Shown one piece after another: positions 27,763 to 38,438 of a stretch of DNA of 47,688 nt (its first letter is position 1; every line of letters begins with the position of its first letter). The position numbers were made by a program, and so were the translations under genes. The DNA is taken from the NCBI GenBank assembly GCA_036339735.1, contig JAYZAL010000002.1, forward strand, positions 1-47,688, written 5' to 3'. This DNA comes from Candidatus Poribacteria bacterium. Lineage in GTDB: Bacteria > Poribacteria > WGA-4E > UBA9662. The notes beneath the pieces were generated by a model. It saw only the letters and a program-made list of their open reading frames with translations. It did not search any database and was not told the DNA's origin.

Positions 27763-28851
27763 CTACATTGACAAGGTTTTTAGTTTTTCTGTACTATCGG
27801 CAGCGGTTAGACCGTCAACTAGCCCCTCTAAATTTCCGTCTAGCGTTGAGTCTAACTTATAGAGTGTAAGGTTTATACGATGATCTGTTACCCGGCCTTG
27901 TGGGAAATTATAAGTGCGGATTTTTTCGCTTCGATCGCCACTTCCTACCATCGTTTTCCTAGTTTGAGCACGTTCGGCGTCTTGTTCTGCCTGTACCTGT
28001 TCCAAAAGCCTAGACCGCAAAATTTTCATAGCCTTGGCTTTATTTTTATGCTGAGATTTTTCGTCCTGACACGAAACGACTAAGTTAGTGGGTAGGTGAG
28101 TAATACGAACAGCCGAGTCAGTGGTATTGACACTTTGCCCGCCAGGCCCTGAAGAACGATATGTATCAATACGTAATTCGTTAGGGTCGACTGCAATATC
28201 TACTTCTTCTGCTTCTGGTAATACGGCAACAGTGACAGCTGAAGTATGGATGCGCCCACTAGTTTCGGTTGCAGGAACCCTTTGAACTCGATGTGTACCG
28301 CCCTCAAATTTCAGTTGGCTGTAGGCTCCATGCCCTTCCACGATGAATACGACTTCCTTAAACCCCTTCAAACCTGTCGAGTTAGAGCTCAAAATTTCTG
28401 TTCGCCAGTTTTTCTTTTCAGCAAAACGGGTATAGGTACGAAATAATTCGGCTGCGAAAAGACCGGCTTCTTCACCACCGGTACCAGCTCGAATTTCGAT
28501 AATCACATTCTTGACATCGTTAGGGTCTTTGGGAATTAGCAAAAGCTTGAGCTCATCTGCCAATTGTGCTAATTTCTTTTCCAGAATCTGGACCTCGTCC
28601 TCGGCTAACTCCTGTAAATCTAGATCAACTTCTTCTGCTGCCATTGTTTGAGCATCAGCTAGATCCTTTTGGCATTCTTGAAACTCCCTGTAGGTAGTAA
28701 CAATTGGTAACAGTTCAGCATGAGTTTTGGTCAAGTGCATTAAGTTACGACTATCAGCGAGCTGAGCAGGGTCCCCGAGGGATTGCTCAACTTCCGAAAG
28801 CCTAGATTCAATCTGACGCAGTTTGTCGTCGAACATGAAGCTTTGATCCAT
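27763..28851 (-). CDS. prfA: Peptide chain release factor 1
   Basis: [19 protein letters not shown] (PxT), GPGGQ, RTYNFPQ. Confidence 0.98.
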   Translation of the reverse strand: MDQSFMFDDKLRQIESRLSEVEQSLGDPAQLADSRNLMHLTKTHAELLPIVTTYREFQECQKDLADAQTMAAEEVDLDLQELAEDEVQILEKKLAQLADELKLLLIPKDPNDVKNVIIEIRAGTGGEEAGLFAAELFRTYTRFAEKKNWRTEILSSNSTGLKGFKEVVFIVEGHGAYSQLKFEGGTHRVQRVPATETSGRIHTSAVTVAVLPEAEEVDIAVDPNELRIDTYRSSGPGGQSVNTTDSAVRITHLPTNLVVSCQDEKSQHKNKAKAMKILRSRLLEQVQAEQDAERAQTRKTMVGSGDRSEKIRTYNFPQGRVTDHRINLTLYKLDSTLDGNLEGLVDGLTAADSTEKLKTLSM

Positions 28852-28903
28852 AAAATTTCAATAAATCAAGTTTGGCTTAGCTATTATCTACTCAGAGTAA
28901 TGC

Positions 28904-30847
28904 CTATTTTTCGCTACTTTCTGAATCGTTATCAATTACTTCTTCAGCTTCTACATCAATGACAGTTTCATCATTTTCCGTAGTTGAAGTTGCCTCAGGC
29001 TCAACCCCGCCGCTTTCTGCCCCAGCAGCAGCCTGATCTGCAGCAGCTTGAGCGTACATAGCTTCTGCTAATTTGTGTGAGGCCTGTGTTAGAGCTTCGG
29101 TATCGGTTTTAATAGCTTCAATGTTATCGTCTTTCAGAGACTCTTTCAATTTATCGATTGATGATTGAATTGTATCTCGTTCTTCCGATGAGACTTTATC
29201 ACCATATTCAGTCATCGACTTTTCTGTACTGTAAACTAACGAGTCAGCATTATTTCGTACTTCTATATCCTCTTTTTTACGTTCATCTTCTGCTGCGTTA
29301 CTCTCAGCGTCTTTGACCATCTGATTAATTTCTTCATCAGATAAGCCACTAGAAGACTCAATACGAATATTTTGTTCTTTACCGGTTCCCTTATCCTTAG
29401 CAGAAACATTAACGATTCCATTGGCATCAATATCAAAACTTACCTCGATCTGTGGCATCCCACGAGGTGCTGGTGGAATATCATCTAGATTAAATCGACC
29501 GAGAGTACGGTTATAAACAGCTAACTCACGTTCTCCTTGCAGAACATGAACATCGACTGATGGTTGATTATCAGCTGCAGTTGAAAAAACCTGACTTTTC
29601 TTGGTTGGAATAGTTGTGTTACGTTCTATCAATTTTGTAAATACGCCACCGAGAGTTTCAATACCCAGCGATAATGGTGTCACATCCAGTAAAAGGACAT
29701 CGCTGACACCTTCATCACCAGCCAAAACACCGCCCTGAATAGCTGCACCAATAGCGACGACTTCGTCTGGGTTAACGCCTTTGTGGGGTTCTTTGCCAAA
29801 AAACTCTTGTACTTGTTCCTGAACTTTCGGCATTCTTGTTTGCCCACCGACCAAAACAACCTCGTCGATATCGGACGCATTCATTTCAGCATCAGCTAGC
29901 GCTTGTCGGCAAGGTTCTATAGTTCGCGCAATTAGCTCTTCAGCTAGTTGTTCCAGCTTAGCGCGAGTCAATGATTCGTTAATGTGCTTTGGCCCAGTTG
30001 CGTCTGCGGTAATAAAAGGCAAATTGATATCGGATGTCAAAGCAGTTGACAGCTCACACTTCGCTTTTTCCGCAGCTTCTTTTAGTCTCTGTAGTGCCAT
30101 GGGATCCTGACGGAGATCAATACCATTGCTGGATTTGAATTCGTCAGCCAGCCAATCGACAATTACTTGGTCAAAATCATCACCACCTAAGTGGGTATCA
30201 CCATTTGTGCTCTTAACTTGGAACACCCCATCACCGATCTCTAAAATAGAGATGTCAAAAGTTCCACCACCTAGGTCGTAGACTGCAATTTTCTCTTCCG
30301 AATTTTTATCTAGTCCGTAAGCAAGAGAAGCCGCCGTTGGCTCATTAATGATTCGTAAAACCTCTAAGCCTGCAATCGTTCCTGCATCTTTTGTCGCCTG
30401 ACGTTGAGCATCATTGAAATAAGCTGGAACTGTAATAACTGCCTGGCTAACTGGTTCTCCCAAGTATTCTTCGGCTGTTTCTTTCATCTTTTGCAAAGTC
30501 ATGGCCGAAATTTGTTGCGGTGCTAAATCCTCGCTACCAACTTTGATACGAACATCATCTCCGCCAGCTTGCACTACACGATAGGGAACCTTCTGAACTT
30601 CGCTACCAATTTCATTGAACCGGCGTCCCATGAAGCGTTTAACTGAAAAAATAGTATTGTCGGGATTAGTAACAGCTTGCCTTTTAGCGACAGCTCCAAC
30701 GATCCTTTCATCTTCTTTGGTTATAGCAACCACGGACGGGGTCGTACGATGACCTTCTGCGTTCGGTATGACCTTTGGCTCTCCCCCCTCGAGAATAGCA
30801 ACACAAGAGTTAGTCGTTCCTAAGTCGATGCCAATGATCTTACTCAT
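28904..30847 (-). CDS. dnaK: Molecular chaperone DnaK
   Basis: [37 protein letters not shown]. Confidence 0.99.
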   Translation of the reverse strand: MSKIIGIDLGTTNSCVAILEGGEPKVIPNAEGHRTTPSVVAITKEDERIVGAVAKRQAVTNPDNTIFSVKRFMGRRFNEIGSEVQKVPYRVVQAGGDDVRIKVGSEDLAPQQISAMTLQKMKETAEEYLGEPVSQAVITVPAYFNDAQRQATKDAGTIAGLEVLRIINEPTAASLAYGLDKNSEEKIAVYDLGGGTFDISILEIGDGVFQVKSTNGDTHLGGDDFDQVIVDWLADEFKSSNGIDLRQDPMALQRLKEAAEKAKCELSTALTSDINLPFITADATGPKHINESLTRAKLEQLAEELIARTIEPCRQALADAEMNASDIDEVVLVGGQTRMPKVQEQVQEFFGKEPHKGVNPDEVVAIGAAIQGGVLAGDEGVSDVLLLDVTPLSLGIETLGGVFTKLIERNTTIPTKKSQVFSTAADNQPSVDVHVLQGERELAVYNRTLGRFNLDDIPPAPRGMPQIEVSFDIDANGIVNVSAKDKGTGKEQNIRIESSSGLSDEEINQMVKDAESNAAEDERKKEDIEVRNNADSLVYSTEKSMTEYGDKVSSEERDTIQSSIDKLKESLKDDNIEAIKTDTEALTQASHKLAEAMYAQAAADQAAAGAESGGVEPEATSTTENDETVIDVEAEEVIDNDSESSEK

Positions 30848-31514
30848 TTTCTATTTGCTCCTTTTCTTCTATTGAGTTTGATGAATTGTCAGTTGATACC
30901 GGGTTTCCGTTAGAGACAACAACCATTGATGGTCGTATTACCCGATCGTGCAAAGTATATCCTTTTTGAAAAGCTTGAATAATGTTATTTTGAGGAACGT
31001 TATCAGAGGGAGCCATTGAAACTGCTTCGTGCTTTTGCGGATCAAAAATTTCACCTTCAGTATCAATGACAGAAACACCTCTTTTCTCTAAACTGCCGAG
31101 TAACTGCTTTTGAATTAATTCGACGCCCTCCCGCAATGCGGTAAATCCTTCGGCTGTCTCTATATCAGCTTCCTGGGCCGCACCAACCGCTTGATCTATA
31201 CTATCTAGCACTGGAACTAAGTCTTTAACTAAGCTCTCAGTAGCATACTTCAGAAAATCTTTTTTCTCACGATCAGCTCTCTTTTTCAGGTTATCATATT
31301 CAGCCATTTTGTAGAGCATTTGTTTTTGTTTTTCATCGCTCTCGGCTTTAGCATTTTTTAATTGTTCATATTCTTCGGCTGACAGCATTACGACATTAAC
31401 TGAGTCTTCATTATCTGATTCATCCGAGCTTCCTGATTCTGGCGGTTCAGAGTTAGTCGAATCAGTTGGATCAAGATTTTCTTCTTCTGTTTTTTTTTCT
31501 TCATTTCCTGTCAT
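30840..31514 (-). CDS. grpE: Nucleotide exchange factor GrpE
   Basis: [36 protein letters not shown]; 8-bp overlap with dnaK; ggag RBS before ATG 31514. Confidence 0.96.
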   Translation of the reverse strand: MTGNEEKKTEEENLDPTDSTNSEPPESGSSDESDNEDSVNVVMLSAEEYEQLKNAKAESDEKQKQMLYKMAEYDNLKKRADREKKDFLKYATESLVKDLVPVLDSIDQAVGAAQEADIETAEGFTALREGVELIQKQLLGSLEKRGVSVIDTEGEIFDPQKHEAVSMAPSDNVPQNNIIQAFQKGYTLHDRVIRPSMVVVSNGNPVSTDNSSNSIEEKEQIENE

Positions 31515-31590
31515 CAAGTACTCCATCGGTATTTCACATTTTAAAATGTAAGTATGAATTATCGATCAAGGTGGAATTGCCGAACGGACA

Positions 31591-31620
31591 AACCTATCAT
31601 TTTGAGCAAAAATTTGTCAA
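31591..31620 (-). promoter_or_regulatory. Possible sigma70 promoter of grpE-dnaK
   Basis: Minus strand TTGACA-18 bp-TAGGTT with TG one base upstream of the -10. Confidence 0.4.
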
Positions 31621-31678
31621 GTGAAAATAGGGTATTCACCTAGCTTAGGGTTATTGACGATCTTTGAGCACCTTGGTA

Positions 31679-31897
31679 TCATGATCTTGATAGCAAAATG
31701 TACGCCAAATTGAATGGTATAACCAGCAAAGTGATTCGAAAAAAAAACTGCCAGAATGACAAGTCAGGAGAGTTGGAGGGTTGCCATTCTGGCAGCCCTC
31801 CAACTGCGTTAATTTTCAAATCCAATTCTTTCTTAGGTAAACCTGACTTTTTAATAGTTTTTGTTTTCCTGTTTGTATCATTTCTCTTAAATACCAA
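31679..31897 (-). CDS. Possible small membrane protein
   Basis: 72 aa; basic N-terminus and one C-terminal hydrophobic helix; TTG start, no clear RBS. Confidence 0.35.
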   Translation of the reverse strand: MVFKRNDTNRKTKTIKKSGLPKKELDLKINAVGGLPEWQPSNSPDLSFWQFFFRITLLVIPFNLAYILLSRS

Positions 31898-31923
31898 CAG
31901 TCAGATTAATATCGAAGAAATAA

Positions 31924-32124
31924 CACGCTGACGGAAAACTTGGCTTAAAATATTTTATCGAACTCCTCAGTCGTGGCTTGGTTATGATTGATTACGATAA
32001 CGATGGAAGTACATTTATTGACTTAATGGATGAAACTCAAATTAACACTGGCTTAATAAGTGAATCAAAAAGACCGGCCAGTCATATTTCGAACTTCCAC
32101 AAGTCGCCAAAACAAGTGTATTAA
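31924..32124 (+). pseudogene. Remnant of an FG-GAP/CRTAC1-type gene
   Basis: Frame reads KYFIELLSRGLVMIDYDNDGSTFIDLMDETQI, resembling INRGLACGDIDNDG and DGTFIDVTDQSHI in the intact gene at 5185-6921. Confidence 0.45.
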
Positions 32125-32398
32125 TTGGTTAACTATTAAGTTAATTGGGTCTTAGTGTAACCAGAATACTATTGGCTCTAATCTTACGATTTTTGTGAGT
32201 GACTTGTCAATTAGAAGCAAAGTAATGAGGTCAAAAGTGAATCAATTTATGTTAATCAAAATGACTTGCGTCTGCGTTTAGGTTTGGGAAAAGCAAAAAC
32301 GGTTGACTGTATCGAAATTAGATAGCCTAGTGGCAATCGGCGAATTATGGAAAAGGTCAAGGTCAGCCAACTTTTAACTGTGATAAGAGGAAGAATAA

Positions 32399-33829
32399 AT
32401 GAGAAACATCATTGTGATCTTAACTGATACGTTTCGGTATGATAATTTAGGTGACCGGGCTGCACGACCTGTCCACACACCAGAGCTAGACCGGTTTGCA
32501 ACTGAACGAGCAACTTCAGTAGAGCATTTTTACATGAATAGCTTTCCTACTATTCCCCATCGGACTGATTTTGCTACCGGTGTTTTGGGTTGGCCTCACT
32601 ATGGTTGGCAACCAATTGATCTTAGTAGTCCTAATCACATTGCTCGAATCCTGAGCCAGCAAGGCTTTGCGACTCAGTTGATTTGCGATTGCCCACATCT
32701 CTTTAATGCTAGATTCAACAGCGGTTTTGATGCAGCTTTTCAGCACCGCGGTCAGGAAGGCGATCTTCCACGACTTCACCTAAATGATAAAATTCAAGAA
32801 ATTGTCCCTTTACAAAAAACACGCTCTCACCCGAATTTTAATGGGCACACTTTACCTAACAAACACAGATGGACTAATCGTTATTACGAATTAGAGGTAC
32901 AGACTTTTTCTGCTAAAACTAGTGAGACCACAGTTCAATTTCTAGAGGAAAATAACCAACACAATCCATTTTTCTTATGGGTCGACTTTTTTGATCCTCA
33001 TGAACCTTGGGATCCACCAGAGTACATGGTTCGCCGTTATGATCCACATTATGACGGTCCTCCTATGTTGCACCCTAATTATGGTCCTTCTTCAGCATAT
33101 ACTGAAGCAGAATTACGCAATTTATGGGCTCACTACGCAGCAGAATCTGAATTAGTTGATCGACATATTGGTCGGGTTTTACAAAAAATCGATGATCTGC
33201 AATTATGGGAAAACAGTGTAGTAGTAGTAATGGCAGACCACGGGATATCAATTGGTGAACACTATCGAACAGGAAAATCCAATATCGACCCGAACGACAA
33301 TCGATTTTGGCCAATTTATCCGGAAATTGGACATGTTCCCTTTTTAATTGCTGGCGCAGGAATTCCCAAGAATAAAAGTTTAGATTTGATAGCTCAACCA
33401 ATCGATTTACTGCCAACACTTTGTGATTTAGCTGGTGTTACACCGATACTTCCGCAAGAAATTGACGGTATCTCCTTTGCTAATCAGATTCGGAATAGCC
33501 TACATCAACATAGAGACATGGCCATAAGCGGTTGTCACATTAAGTCATCTAGTGTAAAACCAGAAAGAGCAACAACCCCCTTTTTGATCACAAAAGAGTG
33601 GGGGTATGCACCCGTTGGTGAAAGGGGAACCCCTGAACTATACGATTTAAAAAACGATCCGCTAGCCACGAATAATCTAGCCGCAAACGGATTAGAAATA
33701 ATTTCGGAGTTACATCAGCTATTTCTCGGCCACTTGGCCGACCACAACGCTCCAACAGATTTTATTAACTTATGGAAACTTAACGCTCAGACGAGTAATG
33801 GTAGTTGGGCTACTGACTATGAAGATTAA
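32399..33829 (+). CDS. Sulfatase-like hydrolase (alkaline phosphatase superfamily) with Thr at the nucleophile position
   Basis: NIIVILTDTFRYD, FPTIPHRTD (T-x-P-x-R), DPHEPWDPP, ADHG, ELYDLKNDP; RBS gagg. Confidence 0.88.
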   Translation: MRNIIVILTDTFRYDNLGDRAARPVHTPELDRFATERATSVEHFYMNSFPTIPHRTDFATGVLGWPHYGWQPIDLSSPNHIARILSQQGFATQLICDCPHLFNARFNSGFDAAFQHRGQEGDLPRLHLNDKIQEIVPLQKTRSHPNFNGHTLPNKHRWTNRYYELEVQTFSAKTSETTVQFLEENNQHNPFFLWVDFFDPHEPWDPPEYMVRRYDPHYDGPPMLHPNYGPSSAYTEAELRNLWAHYAAESELVDRHIGRVLQKIDDLQLWENSVVVVMADHGISIGEHYRTGKSNIDPNDNRFWPIYPEIGHVPFLIAGAGIPKNKSLDLIAQPIDLLPTLCDLAGVTPILPQEIDGISFANQIRNSLHQHRDMAISGCHIKSSSVKPERATTPFLITKEWGYAPVGERGTPELYDLKNDPLATNNLAANGLEIISELHQLFLGHLADHNAPTDFINLWKLNAQTSNGSWATDYED

Positions 33830-33996
33830 AACAAAATAATTTCTTTAGTCCCCACAATTATTTTTAAATTTTCTGCTCCAAACCAGTTTTTTAGAAAGTA
33901 CCAATTTCAAAAGCAAAAGAGCAGACCTAAAACGGGGGGAACGTTAACAGATCTGCTAGACAAATCTAAGTAGTAATTAAAAGACTCGAGAGATAA

Positions 33997-34995
33997 CTAA
34001 TTACTATCGTGCTTGCTGGGGGTGAGATGAACCCGAATCGTGTCGACATTGTGACGCATCATTCCTTCATAGGTTGAATGATTGTGTTTATCGCAACTTT
34101 GTAGAGTTTGGCTGCTATCTAACACACCTCCGACCAAGATGGGACCTGCTAGGGAGACTTTGTGTCCTTTTGAAAGTATCGATTCTTGCAAAGCCTGCAT
34201 TGACTTTCGAGAGGTTGTATTATCCCAAAAAATAGTAGTTAGTTTTTGAGCCATAATTTTGTAGGACAGTCTTCTTAGGTTTGCGATACTCGCTTCTTGT
34301 CCCTCTGTTCCCATCAGTCCATCAGTTTCAAAACCGTAAGCTTGACCAAAATAGCCAAGGGCATTATGTGAGGTAACCAACAAACGGAGATTCGTAGGTA
34401 TTTTTTTACTTTGGAACCGAATATACTGGTCGAGTTCGTTTAATTGTCCGAGGTATTTGTTAGATGACATGTGGTAAAAATGAGCTTCGCTTGAATCAAT
34501 GACCTTAAGACTTTTTTCTATTTGCCGGACAACCATCATCCAATGATTAACATTTAACCAAAAATGGGGGTCGTAGTGGTAGCCACAACTATTTTCTGCA
34601 TGAGAATGGGAATGATGGCCATCGAATTGATGGGAGGATCGTAGAAATTTTTTGGGCAAACAATCCGACACATCTACAAGATAGACGTCTTTTGGAAGTT
34701 GGCTAAGTACTCGTTTAAGCCCATTTTCGATGCTAAGTCCGTTGTAAATAACCAAATGAGCTTGGGAAAGATGTCGAATGTCTTCCGTCCGAATCTTATA
34801 GTGGTGTGGGTTACTTCCCATCAACGATCGAACTGTCACTTTATTTTGTCCGATTTGTTGAACAGTATCTGCTAAGATTGTTGTAGTAACCACTACACGT
34901 AATCTGGCTTCAACTTTTTCTGGAAGAAAAAGCCCCAATGCCATACACCAAAAGATCACTAAACTTCTACCTAGAATTAGCTTAGACCACTCCAT
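33997..34995 (-). CDS. Zn/Mn ABC substrate-binding protein (ZnuA/TroA family)
   Basis: NPHHY, YNGLSIE, His-rich loop HHSHSH, DPHFWLN, TSHNALGYFGQAYG. Confidence 0.9.
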   Translation of the reverse strand: MEWSKLILGRSLVIFWCMALGLFLPEKVEARLRVVVTTTILADTVQQIGQNKVTVRSLMGSNPHHYKIRTEDIRHLSQAHLVIYNGLSIENGLKRVLSQLPKDVYLVDVSDCLPKKFLRSSHQFDGHHSHSHAENSCGYHYDPHFWLNVNHWMMVVRQIEKSLKVIDSSEAHFYHMSSNKYLGQLNELDQYIRFQSKKIPTNLRLLVTSHNALGYFGQAYGFETDGLMGTEGQEASIANLRRLSYKIMAQKLTTIFWDNTTSRKSMQALQESILSKGHKVSLAGPILVGGVLDSSQTLQSCDKHNHSTYEGMMRHNVDTIRVHLTPSKHDSN

Positions 34996-35048
34996 GACTT
35001 TACTCGATATAGAAGCACAAACCTAAAAAACGACACTCAGAACCTAGG

Positions 35049-35071
35049 GTGATGTTATACAGTAACATTAC
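35049..35071. promoter_or_regulatory. Zur-like operator
   Basis: gtgATGTTAtacagTAACATtac inverted repeat resembling GAAATGTTATAnTATAACATTTC, overlapping a minus-strand TTGACA(35083-78)-18-TATAAC promoter of the metal-binding gene. Confidence 0.75.
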
Positions 35072-35133
35072 TCCAAGTGTCAAGTGAAGGTAGCATGATC
35101 AGTTCTTCAATCCGATCTTCAGCTTCCGGTTCA

Positions 35134-35142
35134 TGTTATAAT
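35134..35142 (+). promoter_or_regulatory. Extended -10 promoter element
   Basis: TGTTATAAT about 40 bp upstream of ATG 35181. Confidence 0.5.
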
Positions 35143-35180
35143 CAGCGTGAAATTTAATCTTTGGATTAAGGTCGTGAATT

Positions 35181-36017
35181 ATGTCTTATGAGTTGGAAGA
35201 CGAGTTTGGTGATATTATTAAGAAAGCTCGAAAAGGGTTAAATTTAAGTATTGAGAGATTAGCACAAGATACACAAATTCTCCATACTCAAATATCCAAG
35301 ATGGAAAGTTACTCCATAAAACCAACAGCCGGTCACGTCGATAGGCTTGCCAAAAGACTGGGATTGTCGGCTAAGAAATTGCAACTGATTGCTGAAGAAA
35401 ATTGGACTCCAAACCCTATACCTATCGGTTACGATTCAAAATTATCTGTTTTAAAAATAAGTAATAAAGTCAATGGGTGGCCAGTCCATGCCTATGTGCT
35501 AACATGTGAGAAAAGTAAACAGCTTGCAATTATTGATACTGCGGCGAATCCAAAAATTGTGATTAAAAGAGTCAAAGGATATGGTTTACCCGTGTCAGCT
35601 ATTCTACTGACTCACGCCCATCAAGACCATGTTGGAGGGTTGTCTGAAATTCAACGAGTGTTTGATGCTCCCACGTATATCCATCGAAATGAGCCCCAAC
35701 CAACAAGCGAGCGAGATTTGATGCTTGTAAGCCATGGAGATATTATCTCGGTTGGTGCTTTATCTATACGTGTTCTGGATATACCTGGTCACACTGCTGG
35801 AGGGTGTGCTTTTCAAACTCGAAATACGGTATTTGCAGGAGATTCTATTTTTGCAGGTTCAGTTGGTAACGCTTTTTTAGCTTATGATGATTTATTGAAT
35901 AACATTCGTAAATCGATACTAAGTTTGCCCAATGACACCTATATTTTCCCCGGGCATGGGCCTTCAACAACTGTAGGCGAAGAAAAAGCTCACAATCCAT
36001 TTTTTGCAGAGTTTTAA
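35181..36017 (+). CDS. XRE-type HTH fused to a glyoxalase-II-like MBL-fold metallohydrolase
   Basis: N-terminal FGDIIKKARKGLNLSIERLAQ..QISKME; THAHQDH, PGHTAG, AGDSIFAGSVG, PGHGPSTTVGEEKAHNPF. Confidence 0.9.
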   Translation: MSYELEDEFGDIIKKARKGLNLSIERLAQDTQILHTQISKMESYSIKPTAGHVDRLAKRLGLSAKKLQLIAEENWTPNPIPIGYDSKLSVLKISNKVNGWPVHAYVLTCEKSKQLAIIDTAANPKIVIKRVKGYGLPVSAILLTHAHQDHVGGLSEIQRVFDAPTYIHRNEPQPTSERDLMLVSHGDIISVGALSIRVLDIPGHTAGGCAFQTRNTVFAGDSIFAGSVGNAFLAYDDLLNNIRKSILSLPNDTYIFPGHGPSTTVGEEKAHNPFFAEF

Positions 36018-36954
36018 ATTCGGGCTAAAAGTAGTGATAAAGCACAATTTGATTTGCTTGTTTTTTTTTAGTCTAGTTATTAGTAACACAGAGGCAGATA
36101 ACTTGGAAAAAAGAATAAATAAAAGCTTATCGGTAATAATCGATGGAGATAAAGTGCCTATTCGTTACTACGATTTTTCTGTTGAGGGCTCAAAGAACAC
36201 TTCCAGTGATGTAATCCTGTTTATTCACGGTTTTCGTAGTAATGCTCGTTATTTTTATCCTATTGCATCGGCATTTTCCCAGGTTGGTTACCGATCTTTT
36301 TCACTTGAATTGCCTGGCTATGATAAATCAACTTGGGGGTCAACGACTGAGCTAGTGAACTATGAACTAGCAACATATGGTCGGTATGTTGCTAGTTCTA
36401 TAGAAGCAATATCAGGTGCTGAGGAGATTGACTTAACACACCTAACTATCTGGGGGCATTCGATGGGATCCAGTATTGTCTATAGAGCAATAGCTGACCA
36501 ACCGCATTTATTTTCTTGCCTGAAATCGATCGTTTTTGAGGCTCCTGCATTTTCTAACAGCATCACCCAAGTTTCAAAATTTGCCATCTGGCTATCAACC
36601 AAAATTCTTAAATTTGGTGATCGACATGATGGATCGGCACCAAAGTGGCTGAAGTGGTTAGGGATCGGAGGTTCGACTGATAATTATCAAGTTTTTGCAC
36701 AAAACGCTTATTCCATGCTAAAACCAGAAAACAACATAAAGCAAGAAGTACTAGAACAAATTGGAGTGGAAAAAGTATTTTGGTTATGGAGTGCAAAGGA
36801 TATAGCTGTCTACTCCCCTCCTCCCGATTTCATTCCGAATGAGCAAAGCATTCAGGTTTTTGTTGGCCATAGTATTTCCCATCGGGCACCAAAGAAGATT
36901 TGTGAAACGATACTAGGCTGGCATTCTAAGACACGTGTTGAAGTCGGCCAATAA
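36004..36954 (+). CDS. Alpha/beta hydrolase, probably exported
   Basis: LFIHGF, ELPGYD, GHSMG nucleophile elbow, late Asp and His candidates; start uncertain (GTG 36034 is possible). Confidence 0.82.
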   Translation: MQSFKFGLKVVIKHNLICLFFFSLVISNTEADNLEKRINKSLSVIIDGDKVPIRYYDFSVEGSKNTSSDVILFIHGFRSNARYFYPIASAFSQVGYRSFSLELPGYDKSTWGSTTELVNYELATYGRYVASSIEAISGAEEIDLTHLTIWGHSMGSSIVYRAIADQPHLFSCLKSIVFEAPAFSNSITQVSKFAIWLSTKILKFGDRHDGSAPKWLKWLGIGGSTDNYQVFAQNAYSMLKPENNIKQEVLEQIGVEKVFWLWSAKDIAVYSPPPDFIPNEQSIQVFVGHSISHRAPKKICETILGWHSKTRVEVGQ

Positions 36955-37277
36955 TGCTAATTAGTTGAAATTGTTCAACTGGCCTCAACCCCAAACTAAC
37001 TTAATAATTATTTCGGGGTGTACACTTCTAGAAATTCGTTGATCCAGATTAGACAGGTTAACGTTACCAAATCGCGGTAATTATGTAATAATACGACTCA
37101 ACAGAAATCAACGATGCCAAGTGTACAAGAACAATTATATATTCTTTTTTCAATATTTAGAATTACTCCTGAGATCTTAGTTTTCTTTTCAATGGTCCTT
37201 TCTAATGGGTGTTTCCCGTATAATCTACGTTTTTCTTTGTCTCATTTCTGTCCTGAATGTAAATCTAACTCATTGAA

Positions 37278-38033
37278 CTAAAGTTTTCGAGCGACAAAGT
37301 TAACTCGATCAGAAAAGAGACTTGGACGGCTAAAAGTGTACATATCGTACATACCAAGAACTTCGTACCCACACTTTTTGAGTATCTTTTTAACTAAACC
37401 GTTGTCAAAAATACGTTGTACATGAAGTTCTTCAAAGCGCTCGAATAAATCACCATCCCTTATAAAAAATGTTAAATTGGTTCGGCAGACTTGATCCTTT
37501 TTTGAATACAGGTTCTGCCAAATATAAGCGTAGTCTTCGTGATTTTCAGCGAAGGTTTGAGCATGAAAGTGACGTGTAATATTGCGTTCAGTTGTGACAT
37601 CAAAAATAAACAAACCACTTGGCCTAAGATGATCGAGAATTCGGATACATGCAGTAGCAAAATTCTCTTCATCCTGCATATAGTTTATACTATCGTAGGT
37701 ACAAAGTACTGCATCGAACTGCTGGCCTAGATTAAACGTTCTCATATCACCATGGGCTAACTCAACTTTTAGTCCCAGATTGGAGGCCTTTTCTCTGGCA
37801 ATAGTGATCATTCCTTCAGCTAAATCGATCCCGGTCATTTGAAAAGATCTTTCTGCTAGAACGAGTGTCAGAGCAGCAGTACCACAAGCAACATCTAGAA
37901 TAGTCCGTGGTGATTCACCTTGTTGATTAAAAATACTTTGAATATAATCAGCCCACCGCTGATAATCAACATTGTACATAATTCGGTCGTAAGCATAAGC
38001 GAATCGCTCGTAAGCTGGAGCTAAACCGGTCAT
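37278..38033 (-). CDS. Class I SAM-dependent methyltransferase
   Basis: ILDVACGT, GIDLAEGM, GDMRTF, DSINY, LRPSGLFIFD. Confidence 0.92.
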   Translation of the reverse strand: MTGLAPAYERFAYAYDRIMYNVDYQRWADYIQSIFNQQGESPRTILDVACGTAALTLVLAERSFQMTGIDLAEGMITIAREKASNLGLKVELAHGDMRTFNLGQQFDAVLCTYDSINYMQDEENFATACIRILDHLRPSGLFIFDVTTERNITRHFHAQTFAENHEDYAYIWQNLYSKKDQVCRTNLTFFIRDGDLFERFEELHVQRIFDNGLVKKILKKCGYEVLGMYDMYTFSRPSLFSDRVNFVARKL

Positions 38034-38060
38034 AGATCAATTATCTCCCAATTGATACTG

Positions 38061-38438
38061 TTACTGGTGTGTTCTAAAACCAACTGCTGTATTAATCATG
38101 GTGAGCAATGTTTTTACTTCTTCTGGATCAGATCCATCAACTAGAAATGCATAATCAACAGCAGACTTAACCTTACGCCAACTAATCTGACCTGACACCA
38201 AACTCATCGGCATCTTCTGTACTACTACTTTCACTTGCTTGATAGTTTGAGTGACTTCGTTTTTTTCTATGCTCGATGGTATTCGCGAAACGAACTGAGG
38301 CTCAAATAGATCAACTGCAGCTGAAATAAACCAACGGATCGCATACCATTGAATGATGAATAGTATTAGAAGGACGACAAGTGCTACCGTTAGTAGGTTA
38401 GCACGATGACGCCAAATCCAGTTAAGGCTTGATTCCAT
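38061..38438 (-). CDS. Hypothetical membrane-anchored protein
   Basis: 125 aa with one N-terminal TM helix; 27 bp upstream of the methyltransferase on the same strand. Confidence 0.6.
   Translation of the reverse strand: MESSLNWIWRHRANLLTVALVVLLILFIIQWYAIRWFISAAVDLFEPQFVSRIPSSIEKNEVTQTIKQVKVVVQKMPMSLVSGQISWRKVKSAVDYAFLVDGSDPEEVKTLLTMINTAVGFRTHQ

Noticed and set aside
31527-31680. CIRCE element upstream of grpE
   Set aside because: No match to TTAGCACTC-N9-GAGTGCTAA on either strand.
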